From positions 381,397 to 405,396 of the forward strand of contig NZ_QOUI01000002.1 of the NCBI RefSeq assembly GCF_003327535.1: a stretch of 24,000 nt of DNA, read 5' to 3'. The stretch comes from Desertihabitans brevis (GTDB lineage Bacteria > Actinomycetota > Actinomycetes > Propionibacteriales > Propionibacteriaceae). The position numbers and the translations under genes are program-made. The notes beneath the pieces were generated by a model. The model was not told the DNA's origin and made no database searches. It was given only the letters and a program-made list of their open reading frames with translations. Positions 8,367 to 15,398 of the stretch are shown piece after piece (the stretch's first letter is position 1; each line of letters starts with the position of its first letter).

Positions 8367-9590
8367 TCAGCGCAGGCCGAGCTTGGCCGAGCAGTGCGGC
8401 CACTGGCCCCAGCCCGCAGCGGCCTGCAGCTTCTTGGCGATCCGGATCTGCTCGGCCTTGCTGTTCTCGTGCGGCAGGCCCTTGCCGCCGTAGGCCTTCC
8501 AGGTCTGGGCGCTGAACTGCACACCGCCGTAGTAGCCGTTGCCGGTGTTGATCGACCAGTTGCCGCCGGACTCGCACTTGGCCAGCCGGTCCCAGACGCC
8601 GTCGGAGGAGCCGGAGGAGCTGCCGCCGGACGAGCCGGAGGAGCTGTCGTCATCGTCGTCGTCGGAGGAGGAGCCGCCCGAGGAACCGCCGGAGGACGAG
8701 CCGCCGGAGGAGGAACCACCCGAGGAGGAGCCGCCGGTGGAGCGCTTCGGCTCCGGCTCGGGCTCGCGGGTGCCGACCAGGACGACCTCGTCGACCGGCT
8801 GGCGGGTCACCTCGTCGGACTTCTTCTCCTCCTTGACGACCTTGCCGTTCTCCTTGGTGACGGTGGTGACGACGGTGCGCTCGCCGGCCACGCCCTCGGT
8901 CTCGGTCCTCGTCGTGCCCTGGAGGAGCTCCGAGGACTCCTTCCGGACGGTCTTGAAGTCGACCGGCTGCTTCGTCGTCTTGTCCTCGACGTGCACGTGG
9001 ACCACGGTGATCCGCGATCCGTCCAGCGCCGCCTCGCCGAGACCGGGGGTGACGCGGTCGTCGTCGTCGTGCTTGGCCTCCACCTCGTCCAGCACCTCCG
9101 CGACGGTGGCCGCAGTCGTCTCGTGGGAGGACGTCTTGCCGCCCACCTCGAGCTCGACCTTCTTGAGGGTGTCGACGCTGAACTCCAGGCCCTCACGCCC
9201 GATGGCGGCGGAGCGGCTGGTGGAGATGTCGGCGCCCTCGGCCTTGATCTGCAGCACCGCGAGCGCCTCCCCCACGGTGGTGGCGGTGGTCCAGTGGGTG
9301 GTGGTCTGCCCGTCCAGCTCGATGGTGACCTCGCGCCCGTAGCGGACCGCGATCCGGCTGCCGTCCTCGATCTCGGTGGTGACGGAGGGAGCGACCAGGT
9401 CGCGCTCGCCGACGGTGATGCCCTGCTGCTCCAGCACGTCACCGACGTCGGAGCCGAAGCTGGTGACGGTGGTGGGCACGCCGTCGACGGACACCTCGAC
9501 GGTCTTGTCGGCCACCTGGTAGCCGACGATGCCGCCGGTCACGGCGAGGGCCACGGCAGCGGCGATCGAGACAGGGACGAGCTTGCGCAC
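8367..9590 (-). CDS. rpfB: Resuscitation-promoting factor RpfB-like (TM anchor, 3x DUF348, G5, Rpf transglycosylase-like domain)
   Basis: 407 aa. N-terminal anchor: KLVPVSIAAAVALAVTGGIVGY. Repeated DUF348-like modules (V.V.VDG....T.....V.d.L...gi). G5-like region: TRTETEGVAGERTVVTTVTKENGKVV. C-terminal Rpf domain: VWDRLAKCESGGNWSINTGNGYYGGVQFSAQTW. In rpfB-ksgA-ispE synteny. Confidence 0.9.
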   Translation of the reverse strand: MRKLVPVSIAAAVALAVTGGIVGYQVADKTVEVSVDGVPTTVTSFGSDVGDVLEQQGITVGERDLVAPSVTTEIEDGSRIAVRYGREVTIELDGQTTTHWTTATTVGEALAVLQIKAEGADISTSRSAAIGREGLEFSVDTLKKVELEVGGKTSSHETTAATVAEVLDEVEAKHDDDDRVTPGLGEAALDGSRITVVHVHVEDKTTKQPVDFKTVRKESSELLQGTTRTETEGVAGERTVVTTVTKENGKVVKEEKKSDEVTRQPVDEVVLVGTREPEPEPKRSTGGSSSGGSSSGGSSSGGSSGGSSSDDDDDDSSSGSSGGSSSGSSDGVWDRLAKCESGGNWSINTGNGYYGGVQFSAQTWKAYGGKGLPHENSKAEQIRIAKKLQAAAGWGQWPHCSAKLGLR

Positions 9591-9653
9591 GGGACGACTC
9601 CACGAGTAAGAGGTGAGGCGGCCCGCACCCCGAGGCGGACCCGTTCGGGAGGC

Positions 9654-9683
9654 ACCTTAACCTTCGGGCGGCTCGATTCCCAA
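9654..9683 (-). promoter_or_regulatory. Candidate sigmaA-type promoter for rpfB-rsmA-ispE
   Basis: Minus strand reads TTGGGA (9683-9678), 18-nt spacer, TAAGGT (9659-9654, fits TANNNT). This would give a ~55-nt GC-rich 5' UTR with short hairpins (CCCGAACGGG; GGTCCGC...GCGGGCC). Sequence pattern only. Confidence 0.3.
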
Positions 9684-9700
9684 GCCGCGGGTGAGAATTC

Positions 9701-10231
9701 TCAGCGAACCGGCGTGTCGGCTGGACGCCGATGGCGACGACGGAGCGCGGTCCAGACCGACCGGGCGTGCTCGTCGGTGGCGCCGGAGGTCGTGTCGATG
9801 TCGAGCAGCAGGTCGAGACCGTCGTTGACGTCCGCAGCCTGCCGCTCCGCCCAGCCGGCCAGGCGGGGCTCTGGTCGGGCGGTCTCCCGCCGGCGCAGCT
9901 CGGTGAGGTCGCAGTGGACGCCGACGACGAAGGAGCGCCCTGCCGGCAGGGCCTCGAGGCACTGACGACGCAGGTCGTGGTCGTCGTAGGGCAGCGACCC
10001 GTCGAGGACGAGGTGGTAGCCGGCCTCCGACCACGCCGCCATGCTCCGGTGGAACACCACGATCGCGGTGTGCGGCGGCACGTTGAGGGCCGGGTAGGCG
10101 GCGTCGGCCTCGACCAGCGCGCACGGTTCGCCGGTCTGTCGCAGCAGGGCCCGGGCGAGCGTCGACTTGCCCGACGAGCTGCTGCCCGACAGCAGAAGGA
10201 CGACACCACCCTCGGCTCGCACCACGCTCAC
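9701..10231 (-). CDS. Chloramphenicol-phosphotransferase-like (CPT family) P-loop kinase
   Basis: 176 aa. Walker A: LLLSGSSSSGKSTLARAL. C-terminal pattern VVGVHCDLTELRRRETAR...GWAERQAADVNDGLDLLLDIDTT resembles Streptomyces CPT (VGVRCD..RE.ARGDR..G.A..Q...VH....YD.EVDTT). Confidence 0.72.
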   Translation of the reverse strand: MSVVRAEGGVVLLLSGSSSSGKSTLARALLRQTGEPCALVEADAAYPALNVPPHTAIVVFHRSMAAWSEAGYHLVLDGSLPYDDHDLRRQCLEALPAGRSFVVGVHCDLTELRRRETARPEPRLAGWAERQAADVNDGLDLLLDIDTTSGATDEHARSVWTALRRRHRRPADTPVR

Positions 10232-10282
10232 GCTACGCGCCCGGGTCGTGGAGCGCGACGAGCAGCCGCTCCCGTCCTGACG

Positions 10283-10852
10283 TCAGGGGCGGCCAGTGGA
10301 CGCCGGGGTGCTTCCGTCATCGGACCAGCCGGCGGCCGCCAGGACCGCGTCCGCGGCAGCCGGTGGGTCCAGCTCGGTGACGTCGACCACCGCGTCGTCG
10401 ACCTCAGCGCGGTCCAGGATGCGCTCGAGCTCCAGCACCCGTTCCAGGTGCCAGGCCAGCGCGGCTCCGCCGTCGTGGTCCGTGCGGTGCCTGGCGGTCA
10501 GCCTGGAACGGATCAGGTCAGGATCGGCCCGCAGCCGCACGACGGTCAGGGGCAGCTGGAGAGCCTGCTGCTGCCGGTCGCGCTGGGCGCGGTCCTCGAG
10601 CACGTCGGCCACCACCAGCCGGCGAGCGCCGACCCGCACGTCGTTGGCCACCACCGCAGCGAGGTTGGCCAGGCCGAGCCGCGCGTTGAACGGGTCGTCG
10701 GCCGGCGCGGGCCAGGCGCGCCGCAGCTCGTCCACGTCGACCACCGCGCCAGGAAGCCCGCGGTCGCGCCAGCGAGCCGCCACTATCTCCGCCGTCGTGG
10801 TCTTGCCGACGCCGACCGTGCCGTTGATGACCAGCACCCTCGCATCCGTCAC
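10283..10852 (-). CDS. P-loop NTPase / small-molecule-kinase-like ATP-binding protein (AAA_33/TmrB-like)
   Basis: Walker A: VLVINGTVGVGKTTTAEIV. GTG 10852 is preferred over ORF start 10885 because GGGAGG lies 4 nt upstream. About 189 aa. Immediately downstream of the MerR gene and upstream of the CPT-like gene, on the same strand. Confidence 0.7.
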   Translation of the reverse strand: MTDARVLVINGTVGVGKTTTAEIVAARWRDRGLPGAVVDVDELRRAWPAPADDPFNARLGLANLAAVVANDVRVGARRLVVADVLEDRAQRDRQQQALQLPLTVVRLRADPDLIRSRLTARHRTDHDGGAALAWHLERVLELERILDRAEVDDAVVDVTELDPPAAADAVLAAAGWSDDGSTPASTGRP

Positions 10853-10916
10853 GGCGCCTCCCCTCAGCCGGAGACCAGCATGCACCGCCTGCCGCCGTGC
10901 TGCCCTCAGGCTCGGC

Positions 10917-11804
10917 TCACGTAACGGGTGGCTCGTGGGCGGCGACGCCGTCGGCCAGCTCCAGGCAACGCAGACGAGCCGGGGAGAAGTCGTAGGGCAT
11001 CTTCCCCACAGCCGCCACCACGCTCATGGGCTCCTGGCCCGCGCCGTCCCCGGCCTCGCCTTCGTCGCCGGGGTGCAGGTCCTCCCAGGAGTCGAAGAGC
11101 GCTTCCTCGTCCTCAGCCAGCCCGGACTCCTCGATGACGGCGTGCAGCCTCAGCTCGAAGGCCCGCCGTTCGGCGGCCACCTGTGCCACGCGGGGGTCGT
11201 CGACAGCGACCGTGTCATCGAGTGCCTCCTCGGCGGCGTCGACCCGGTCGGACTCCTCCCGTAGATCGGGATGCGTGGCCAGGGCGAGAAACCGAGTGGC
11301 CTGGACGGCCGCACCGAGGCGGCCGAAGATCCGCTCGGTGACCAGCAGGCTGTCGAGGTCCGACTGGCGCAGGGAGCCGTCGGGCAGGCCCTCCAGGCGG
11401 CTGGCGACGACGTCGGAGAGCAGACCCATCCTGCTGCCCCGGGTGCGCATGCGGTGCACGGCAGACCGCTGCCGCTCCAGCTCTGCCTGCTGAGCGGCGA
11501 GGGTCTCCTCCAGCCGTTCCAGGATGCGCGCGACCTCCTGGTCTTCGTGGGCACCAGCCGGAGCCGTGTCGGCGAAGGCGGCACGGATGTCGGTCAGCGC
11601 GATCCCGGCGTCAGCCATCTTGCGGATCCACAGCAGCCGGATCATCTCCGCGTAGCCGTACCGGCGGCGGTCGCCACGACTCCGCTCGGGCTCGGGCAGC
11701 AACCCGATCTGGTGGTAGTGGCGGATCGCGCGCGGCGTGGTGCCGACGAACGATGCCGCATCACCGATCGCGACCTGACGCGGCGGGCTGAAGGACGCAT
11801 ACAT
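10917..11804 (-). CDS. MerR family transcriptional regulator with a long acidic C-terminal domain
   Basis: 295 aa. N-terminal MerR HTH: VAIGDAASFVGTTPRAIRHYHQIGLLPEPERSRGDRRRYGYAEMIRLLWIRKMADAGIALTDI, followed by a coiled-coil (LEETLAAQQAELERQ) and a ~180-aa Asp/Glu-rich domain. GAGGAAGG SD lies upstream of ATG 11804. Confidence 0.9.
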   Translation of the reverse strand: MYASFSPPRQVAIGDAASFVGTTPRAIRHYHQIGLLPEPERSRGDRRRYGYAEMIRLLWIRKMADAGIALTDIRAAFADTAPAGAHEDQEVARILERLEETLAAQQAELERQRSAVHRMRTRGSRMGLLSDVVASRLEGLPDGSLRQSDLDSLLVTERIFGRLGAAVQATRFLALATHPDLREESDRVDAAEEALDDTVAVDDPRVAQVAAERRAFELRLHAVIEESGLAEDEEALFDSWEDLHPGDEGEAGDGAGQEPMSVVAAVGKMPYDFSPARLRCLELADGVAAHEPPVT

Positions 11805-11965
11805 CGGTTGGACCTTCCTCGGTGGGCGGGACGTGGGTCCACCGGATCACATGACGTAACGGAACATGCAAGTCCAGGACTCTGGCCGTCGGGTGAGGGT
11901 CCGCTCGTGTCGGGTATCGATCGCGGTCCCTGGTCCAGGTGGTCGCCAGTCGCTGGCGTCCGTCC

Positions 11966-12382
11966 ATGGGTCTGGTCTGGACAGTGACGATCGACGCCGG
12001 GGATCCGAAGCGGCTCGCAGCCTCCTGGGCGGGAGCGCTCGGGTACATCGACGAAGAGGGCCACGACTTCGAGGACGGCGCGTCGCGCGTCGATCCAGAT
12101 GGCCAGCGTCCCGCCGTCAGCTTCCTCTGGGTACCCGAGGCCAAGACCGCGAAGAACCGGTGTCACCTCGACCTGTGGCCCGCTGCTGGTGTCGAGGACC
12201 TTGCCGAGCGGGACGCGGTGATCCGCACCAAGGTGTCCGCGCTGGTCACGGCCGGCGCGACGATCACGCGAGAGGCCAGCTGGGCCGGGCACGTCGAGGG
12301 CGTCGTGATGGCCGACCCGGAAGACAACGAGTTCTGCGTCGCTGGATCAGGACCGGGTCACTGGTCCAGGAGTGCGGCCTGA
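11966..12382 (+). CDS. VOC family protein (Glyoxalase_6-like)
   Basis: MGLVWTVTIDAGDPKRLAASWAGALGY...FLWVPEAKTAKNRCHLDL...VVMADPEDNEFCV is the typical glyoxalase-like-domain pattern. The ORF opens at GTG 11939, but ATG 11966 matches family N-termini. Divergent from the MerR gene. Confidence 0.8.
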   Translation: MGLVWTVTIDAGDPKRLAASWAGALGYIDEEGHDFEDGASRVDPDGQRPAVSFLWVPEAKTAKNRCHLDLWPAAGVEDLAERDAVIRTKVSALVTAGATITREASWAGHVEGVVMADPEDNEFCVAGSGPGHWSRSAA

Positions 12383-12659
12383 TCTCGACGACTTCGACCT
12401 CCGGCAACCGCTGACACCCACGGGCACGAACCTGTTGGGCTTGGTGAAGCACCTCGTCGGTCTGGAGTACGGCTACCTCGGGTTCTGCTTCGGCCGGCCG
12501 GGAGAGCGGCTCAGCTGGGTGGAGGACGGCTCGGTGGCCGAAGGAGCCGACATGTGGTACGGATGTTGCTCGACACCGGGAGCCGGGCGCTCGGCCGTCG
12601 CGGCCGGGTACGCGCTCGCCATCGGGCCGGGGGCGACGAGCTCGAGGTGGAGCGGGTGA
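12372..12659 (+). pseudogene. DinB/DUF664 (mycothiol-transferase-like) gene fragment, truncated at both ends
   Basis: LTPTGTNLLGLVKHLVGLEYGYLGFCFGRPGERLSWVEDGSVAEGADMW matches the central part of DUF664 proteins. About 30 N-terminal residues are missing (displaced by the VOC 3' end). Family-like sequence stops right after ADMW (~12556), where retropepsin-like sequence begins in another frame. Confidence 0.6.
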
Positions 12660-12861
12660 CGACCCGCCTGCGCCTCTCCAGCGCCTTGTCCTGCTCACTG
12701 ACGGTCGACGTCCAACCCGATGGCTGGCAGCATCCACCGATCCTGGGTACCGACGTCTTCGGCAACCACCGTTGCCGCTTCCGCTTCGGGATCGGCCAGA
12801 TCGAGATCGACCCGCCTGAACGACCAGACGAGACGTACCGAGCGGGACCGTGGCGGGGGGG
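12554..12861 (+). pseudogene. Retropepsin-like aspartic protease domain, N-terminally truncated and probably frameshifted
   Basis: LLDTGS catalytic triplet at 12572-12583. Downstream: TVDVQPDGWQHPPILGTDVFGNHRCRFRFGIGQIEIDP (the ILG.D motif plus terminal strand). Only 5 residues precede DTG. By eye, third-position GC favours another frame over ~12582-12630, between base 12581 and the G5 run at 12629-12633. Confidence 0.4.
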
Positions 12862-13239
12862 CCATGCGTCCCGGTGCGATGGGGCGACACGGTGGTCGAC
12901 GCCGTCTGGGACACAGGCGCCGGTGTGACCGTGGTCGACCGCGCCTGGGCCGAGGCCCACCCTCATGCGGTCACGCTCCTGCAGGAGCCCAGCCGCGGCA
13001 CCGACGTCACCGGAGCGGAAATTCCCGGAGCTCGTGGCCTCCTCAGCGCCAGCCTCGTCGCCGGCCAGGCTTTGGCCCCGCAGGAGTGCGGCGTCGTCGA
13101 CCTCTCCCAGCTGAACGCGCACCTCGACGACCCGATTCGGCTCATCATCGGACTGCCGCAGATCGTCCAGCGGGACTGGTACGTCGACTTCCGCACCAGA
13201 GTGCTGGCTCCCTACCCGACGACGAGTCGCGTTCACTGA
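12850..13239 (+). CDS. Retropepsin-like (clan AA) aspartic protease, single domain
   Basis: 129 aa. VPVRWGDTVVDAVWDTGAGVTVVD (DTGA at 12910-12921) and RLIIGLPQIVQRDWYVDF fit the bacterial single-domain retropepsin layout. High GC3 throughout. The GTG start lies just 5' of a G7 run. Confidence 0.65.
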   Translation: MAGGPCVPVRWGDTVVDAVWDTGAGVTVVDRAWAEAHPHAVTLLQEPSRGTDVTGAEIPGARGLLSASLVAGQALAPQECGVVDLSQLNAHLDDPIRLIIGLPQIVQRDWYVDFRTRVLAPYPTTSRVH

Positions 13240-13710
13240 GGATGGTTAGCGAGCGGTTCGACGAGGATGCGTGACGCTCTGACGAGTCTGGAGCGTGTGC
13301 CGGCAGGCGACGGCCATCGGTAGTCGTCGCGTCGCTCAGATGGCGAAGCGCTGTACCGGGCGAGGTCGACGGCGAGCCGCAGGAGGAACCGGTGGAGCTG
13401 CGTGCGGTCGCCCGCGACCTCCGACTCGCCCACGACGAGACGGTCCCAGGACCCGACGGCTCGTACCCGCGGCCCATCATCAGCACCCGCAGCACCTCGA
13501 GGCCACCTCGCGGAGACGCCGCCCGCGGCTGGACGCCGGCGGTGTGACGGCCCCCATCGCCCGGGAGGGCCCGAGCGGGCCTGCTGCCGGGCGCACCGAA
13601 GAAGCGGCTCGGCGCCAGAGCCCGTGCAGCGCGTGGTGCGTGCAGGACGCACCCGATCAGTGGAGGCCCTTGATGTTCGGCCGGTCCGGACGTGCGGGGC
13701 GGCTCGGCTG

Positions 13711-14352
13711 TCAGGGGAGGACGGTGCGGCGCACCAGCCAGGCCCACTTGCCGAGCTGGCGGACCCGCTCGAAGCCGTGGTCCTCGAAGAGCTCCACGGA
13801 TGCCTGGAACAGGAACCGCCCGTGGGCGACGCGGCCGCTCGTCACCTCGGGGATGGCCTCGACGGTCCCGCCGCCGGCGGCCTGGATCAGGTCGAGCGCA
13901 CCTCCGAGCGCTGCCCGGGCGATCCCCTCGCGCCGACGGGACTTGTCGGTGTAGAGGCAGGCGATACGCCAGTCGGGTGGCCTCACGGGCTCCTTCTCGT
14001 AGGCCCTGCGGTGCTGGGCGAGGATCGGCAGCTCCTCGAACCGGCCGTACTTGGCCCACCCCTGGGCCAGCCCGTCCTCGTCGAGCACGAGCGCGGCGTG
14101 CGCTCGACCGCTACGCACCAGCGCCTCCTTGGTCGCCCGCTTGTCGATGCCCCGGATCTGGTGGTAGGACCGCCCGTCCGGGGCCTGGTGGTGGCCCATG
14201 CACCAGCAGCCACCGAAGACGCCGCCGTTGCGCTCCACGAGCTCCGCGAACGCGTCCCAGGTGTCACCGTCCAGTGGGCGCACGGAGTAGCGCGGCGACT
14301 GCGTCTGCGGACGGCCCAGCCGGGATCTGGTGGTCTCGTCGTCGATACCCAT
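13711..14352 (-). CDS. GNAT family N-acetyltransferase
   Basis: SVRPLDGDTWDAFAELVERNGGVFGGCWCMGHH plus the acetyl-CoA-binding-like RRREGIARAALGGALDLI. ATG 14352 is preceded by GGAGGGA; the ORF track start at 14418 is less likely. Confidence 0.85.
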   Translation of the reverse strand: MGIDDETTRSRLGRPQTQSPRYSVRPLDGDTWDAFAELVERNGGVFGGCWCMGHHQAPDGRSYHQIRGIDKRATKEALVRSGRAHAALVLDEDGLAQGWAKYGRFEELPILAQHRRAYEKEPVRPPDWRIACLYTDKSRRREGIARAALGGALDLIQAAGGGTVEAIPEVTSGRVAHGRFLFQASVELFEDHGFERVRQLGKWAWLVRRTVLP

Positions 14353-14484
14353 CGGTCGGTCCCTCCGCCGCTTCTGGAGTCCTCGCTGGCGTCGGATCTG
14401 CACCGGTCCGCTGATCAACGTTGAGGTGATTGTCGACCAGTCACCAGCTCCCGGACCACCCCACGTGACGACTCCGGCCTGCGC

Positions 14485-14979
14485 TCAGCCGATCCAGGCA
14501 GCCCAGGCCGGGCCGGCGTCGCGCCGAAGGGCTCCCAGGTAGACGCTGAGCTTGCCGTAGAAGATGTAGACCGCCTCCCGGTAGACCTGGTGCTGGACGA
14601 ACGGGGACGCGATGAAGCCGCCGCCCCGGTCGATGCTGCCGACATGGAGCTCGTCATCGGTGAACCGGTCGAGAGCGGCCTTCATCGCCTCGTCGTGCGC
14701 TCCGAACCATGCACGCAGGGTCTCGATGGTGGGAGGAGCAGGGGCGGGCAGCTGCCGGTGCGACCAGTCGAGCGCGAGGGTGGCGAACGAGTGCGTGTAG
14801 ACGCCCTGCAGGTCGCCCATCTCGATCAGCAGCTCGCCCAGGGTCGGGTTCCACCCCGGCATCTGCTTGGTGAGGTCGTCGTCGGAGACCACGGTCAGGA
14901 CGTGGTCCCGCATGCTGTGGTGCCCGCGGATCTCTTCGTCGAACAGCGTGTTCATCGGGTGCCGCCCGGCCCACGCCAT
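14485..14979 (-). CDS. Hypothetical protein, DinB-superfamily-like (MDMPI_N/DinB_2-like helical bundle)
   Basis: 164 aa with high GC3. DDDLTKQMPGWNPTLGELLIEMGDLQGVYTHSF resembles the first-helix region of DinB-type proteins. ATG 14979 has GAGG 5 nt upstream; an alternative ATG is at 14955. The function call is weak. Confidence 0.5.
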   Translation of the reverse strand: MAWAGRHPMNTLFDEEIRGHHSMRDHVLTVVSDDDLTKQMPGWNPTLGELLIEMGDLQGVYTHSFATLALDWSHRQLPAPAPPTIETLRAWFGAHDEAMKAALDRFTDDELHVGSIDRGGGFIASPFVQHQVYREAVYIFYGKLSVYLGALRRDAGPAWAAWIG

Positions 14980-15076
14980 CGCTGCCTCACCATCGATCCT
15001 CCTGTCGGCTGCCGCCTCCCGCGCGCTGCCCCGAGAGCCGATGCGGCGTCACGCTGGTGGTGTCTCTTGACCCGCG

Positions 15077-15105
15077 ACGCTAGCGAAGGGTCCGGACGAT
15101 GTCGA
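15077..15105 (-). promoter_or_regulatory. Candidate promoter for the DinB-like/GNAT gene pair
   Basis: Minus strand reads TCGACA (15105-15100), 17-nt spacer, TAGCGT (15082-15077, fits TANNNT), about 90 nt upstream of ATG 14979. Sequence pattern only. Confidence 0.3.
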
Positions 15106-15398
15106 CGCCCACGTCGAGCCGATCGACCGACTAGGTCTCAGGCCTCCGACGGGGGCGACGGACGGCGCCTGCCGAAGAGGTGACGACGACGGCTGTCGTC
15201 CGGCTTGGCTGGTTCGCGCGCCTTCCTCCTGGCTTCCTCAACCCGGGCGGCCCTGCGCTCGGCCCACGCGGTCACCGTGGCCTCCACAACACACGGCATC
15301 TCGCCGCACTCGACCAACCTCCGCACCCCCGCGACGTGCTGCGACCGGTGCTCACCGAGATGCTCCCGCTGCGACCCGATGCTCGGGCCACCAGTCGC

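Noticed and set aside
6537-8719. 552-aa and 414-aa ORFs taken at face value (also 15690-16940, 17192-18187, 17907-19658, 20564-21808, 20202-21278)
   Set aside because: Their N-terminal extensions are low-complexity read-through across the upstream gene in another frame. Internal GTG/ATG starts with SD sequences or stop/start overlaps give products of the expected family length.
8539-9342. Plus-strand ORF encoding an acidic SSSSEEEPPEEPPEDEPPEEEPP repeat protein
   Set aside because: It is the antisense image of the rpfB Ser/Gly/Asp linker and DUF348 region. rpfB homology on the minus strand explains the sequence.
9591-9700. ydaO/c-di-AMP-type riboswitch upstream of the rpf gene
   Set aside because: Only about 110 nt are available in total, and about 55 nt after the candidate promoter, which is too short for that motif. 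I could not recognise its conserved pseudo-twofold helices.
12264-13236. Minus-strand ORFs 12264-12914 and 12511-13236 as the real genes of this interval
   Set aside because: Both are Arg/Pro/Ser-rich with no motifs. The plus strand carries recognisable DUF664 and two DTG-type retropepsin signatures with better third-position GC.
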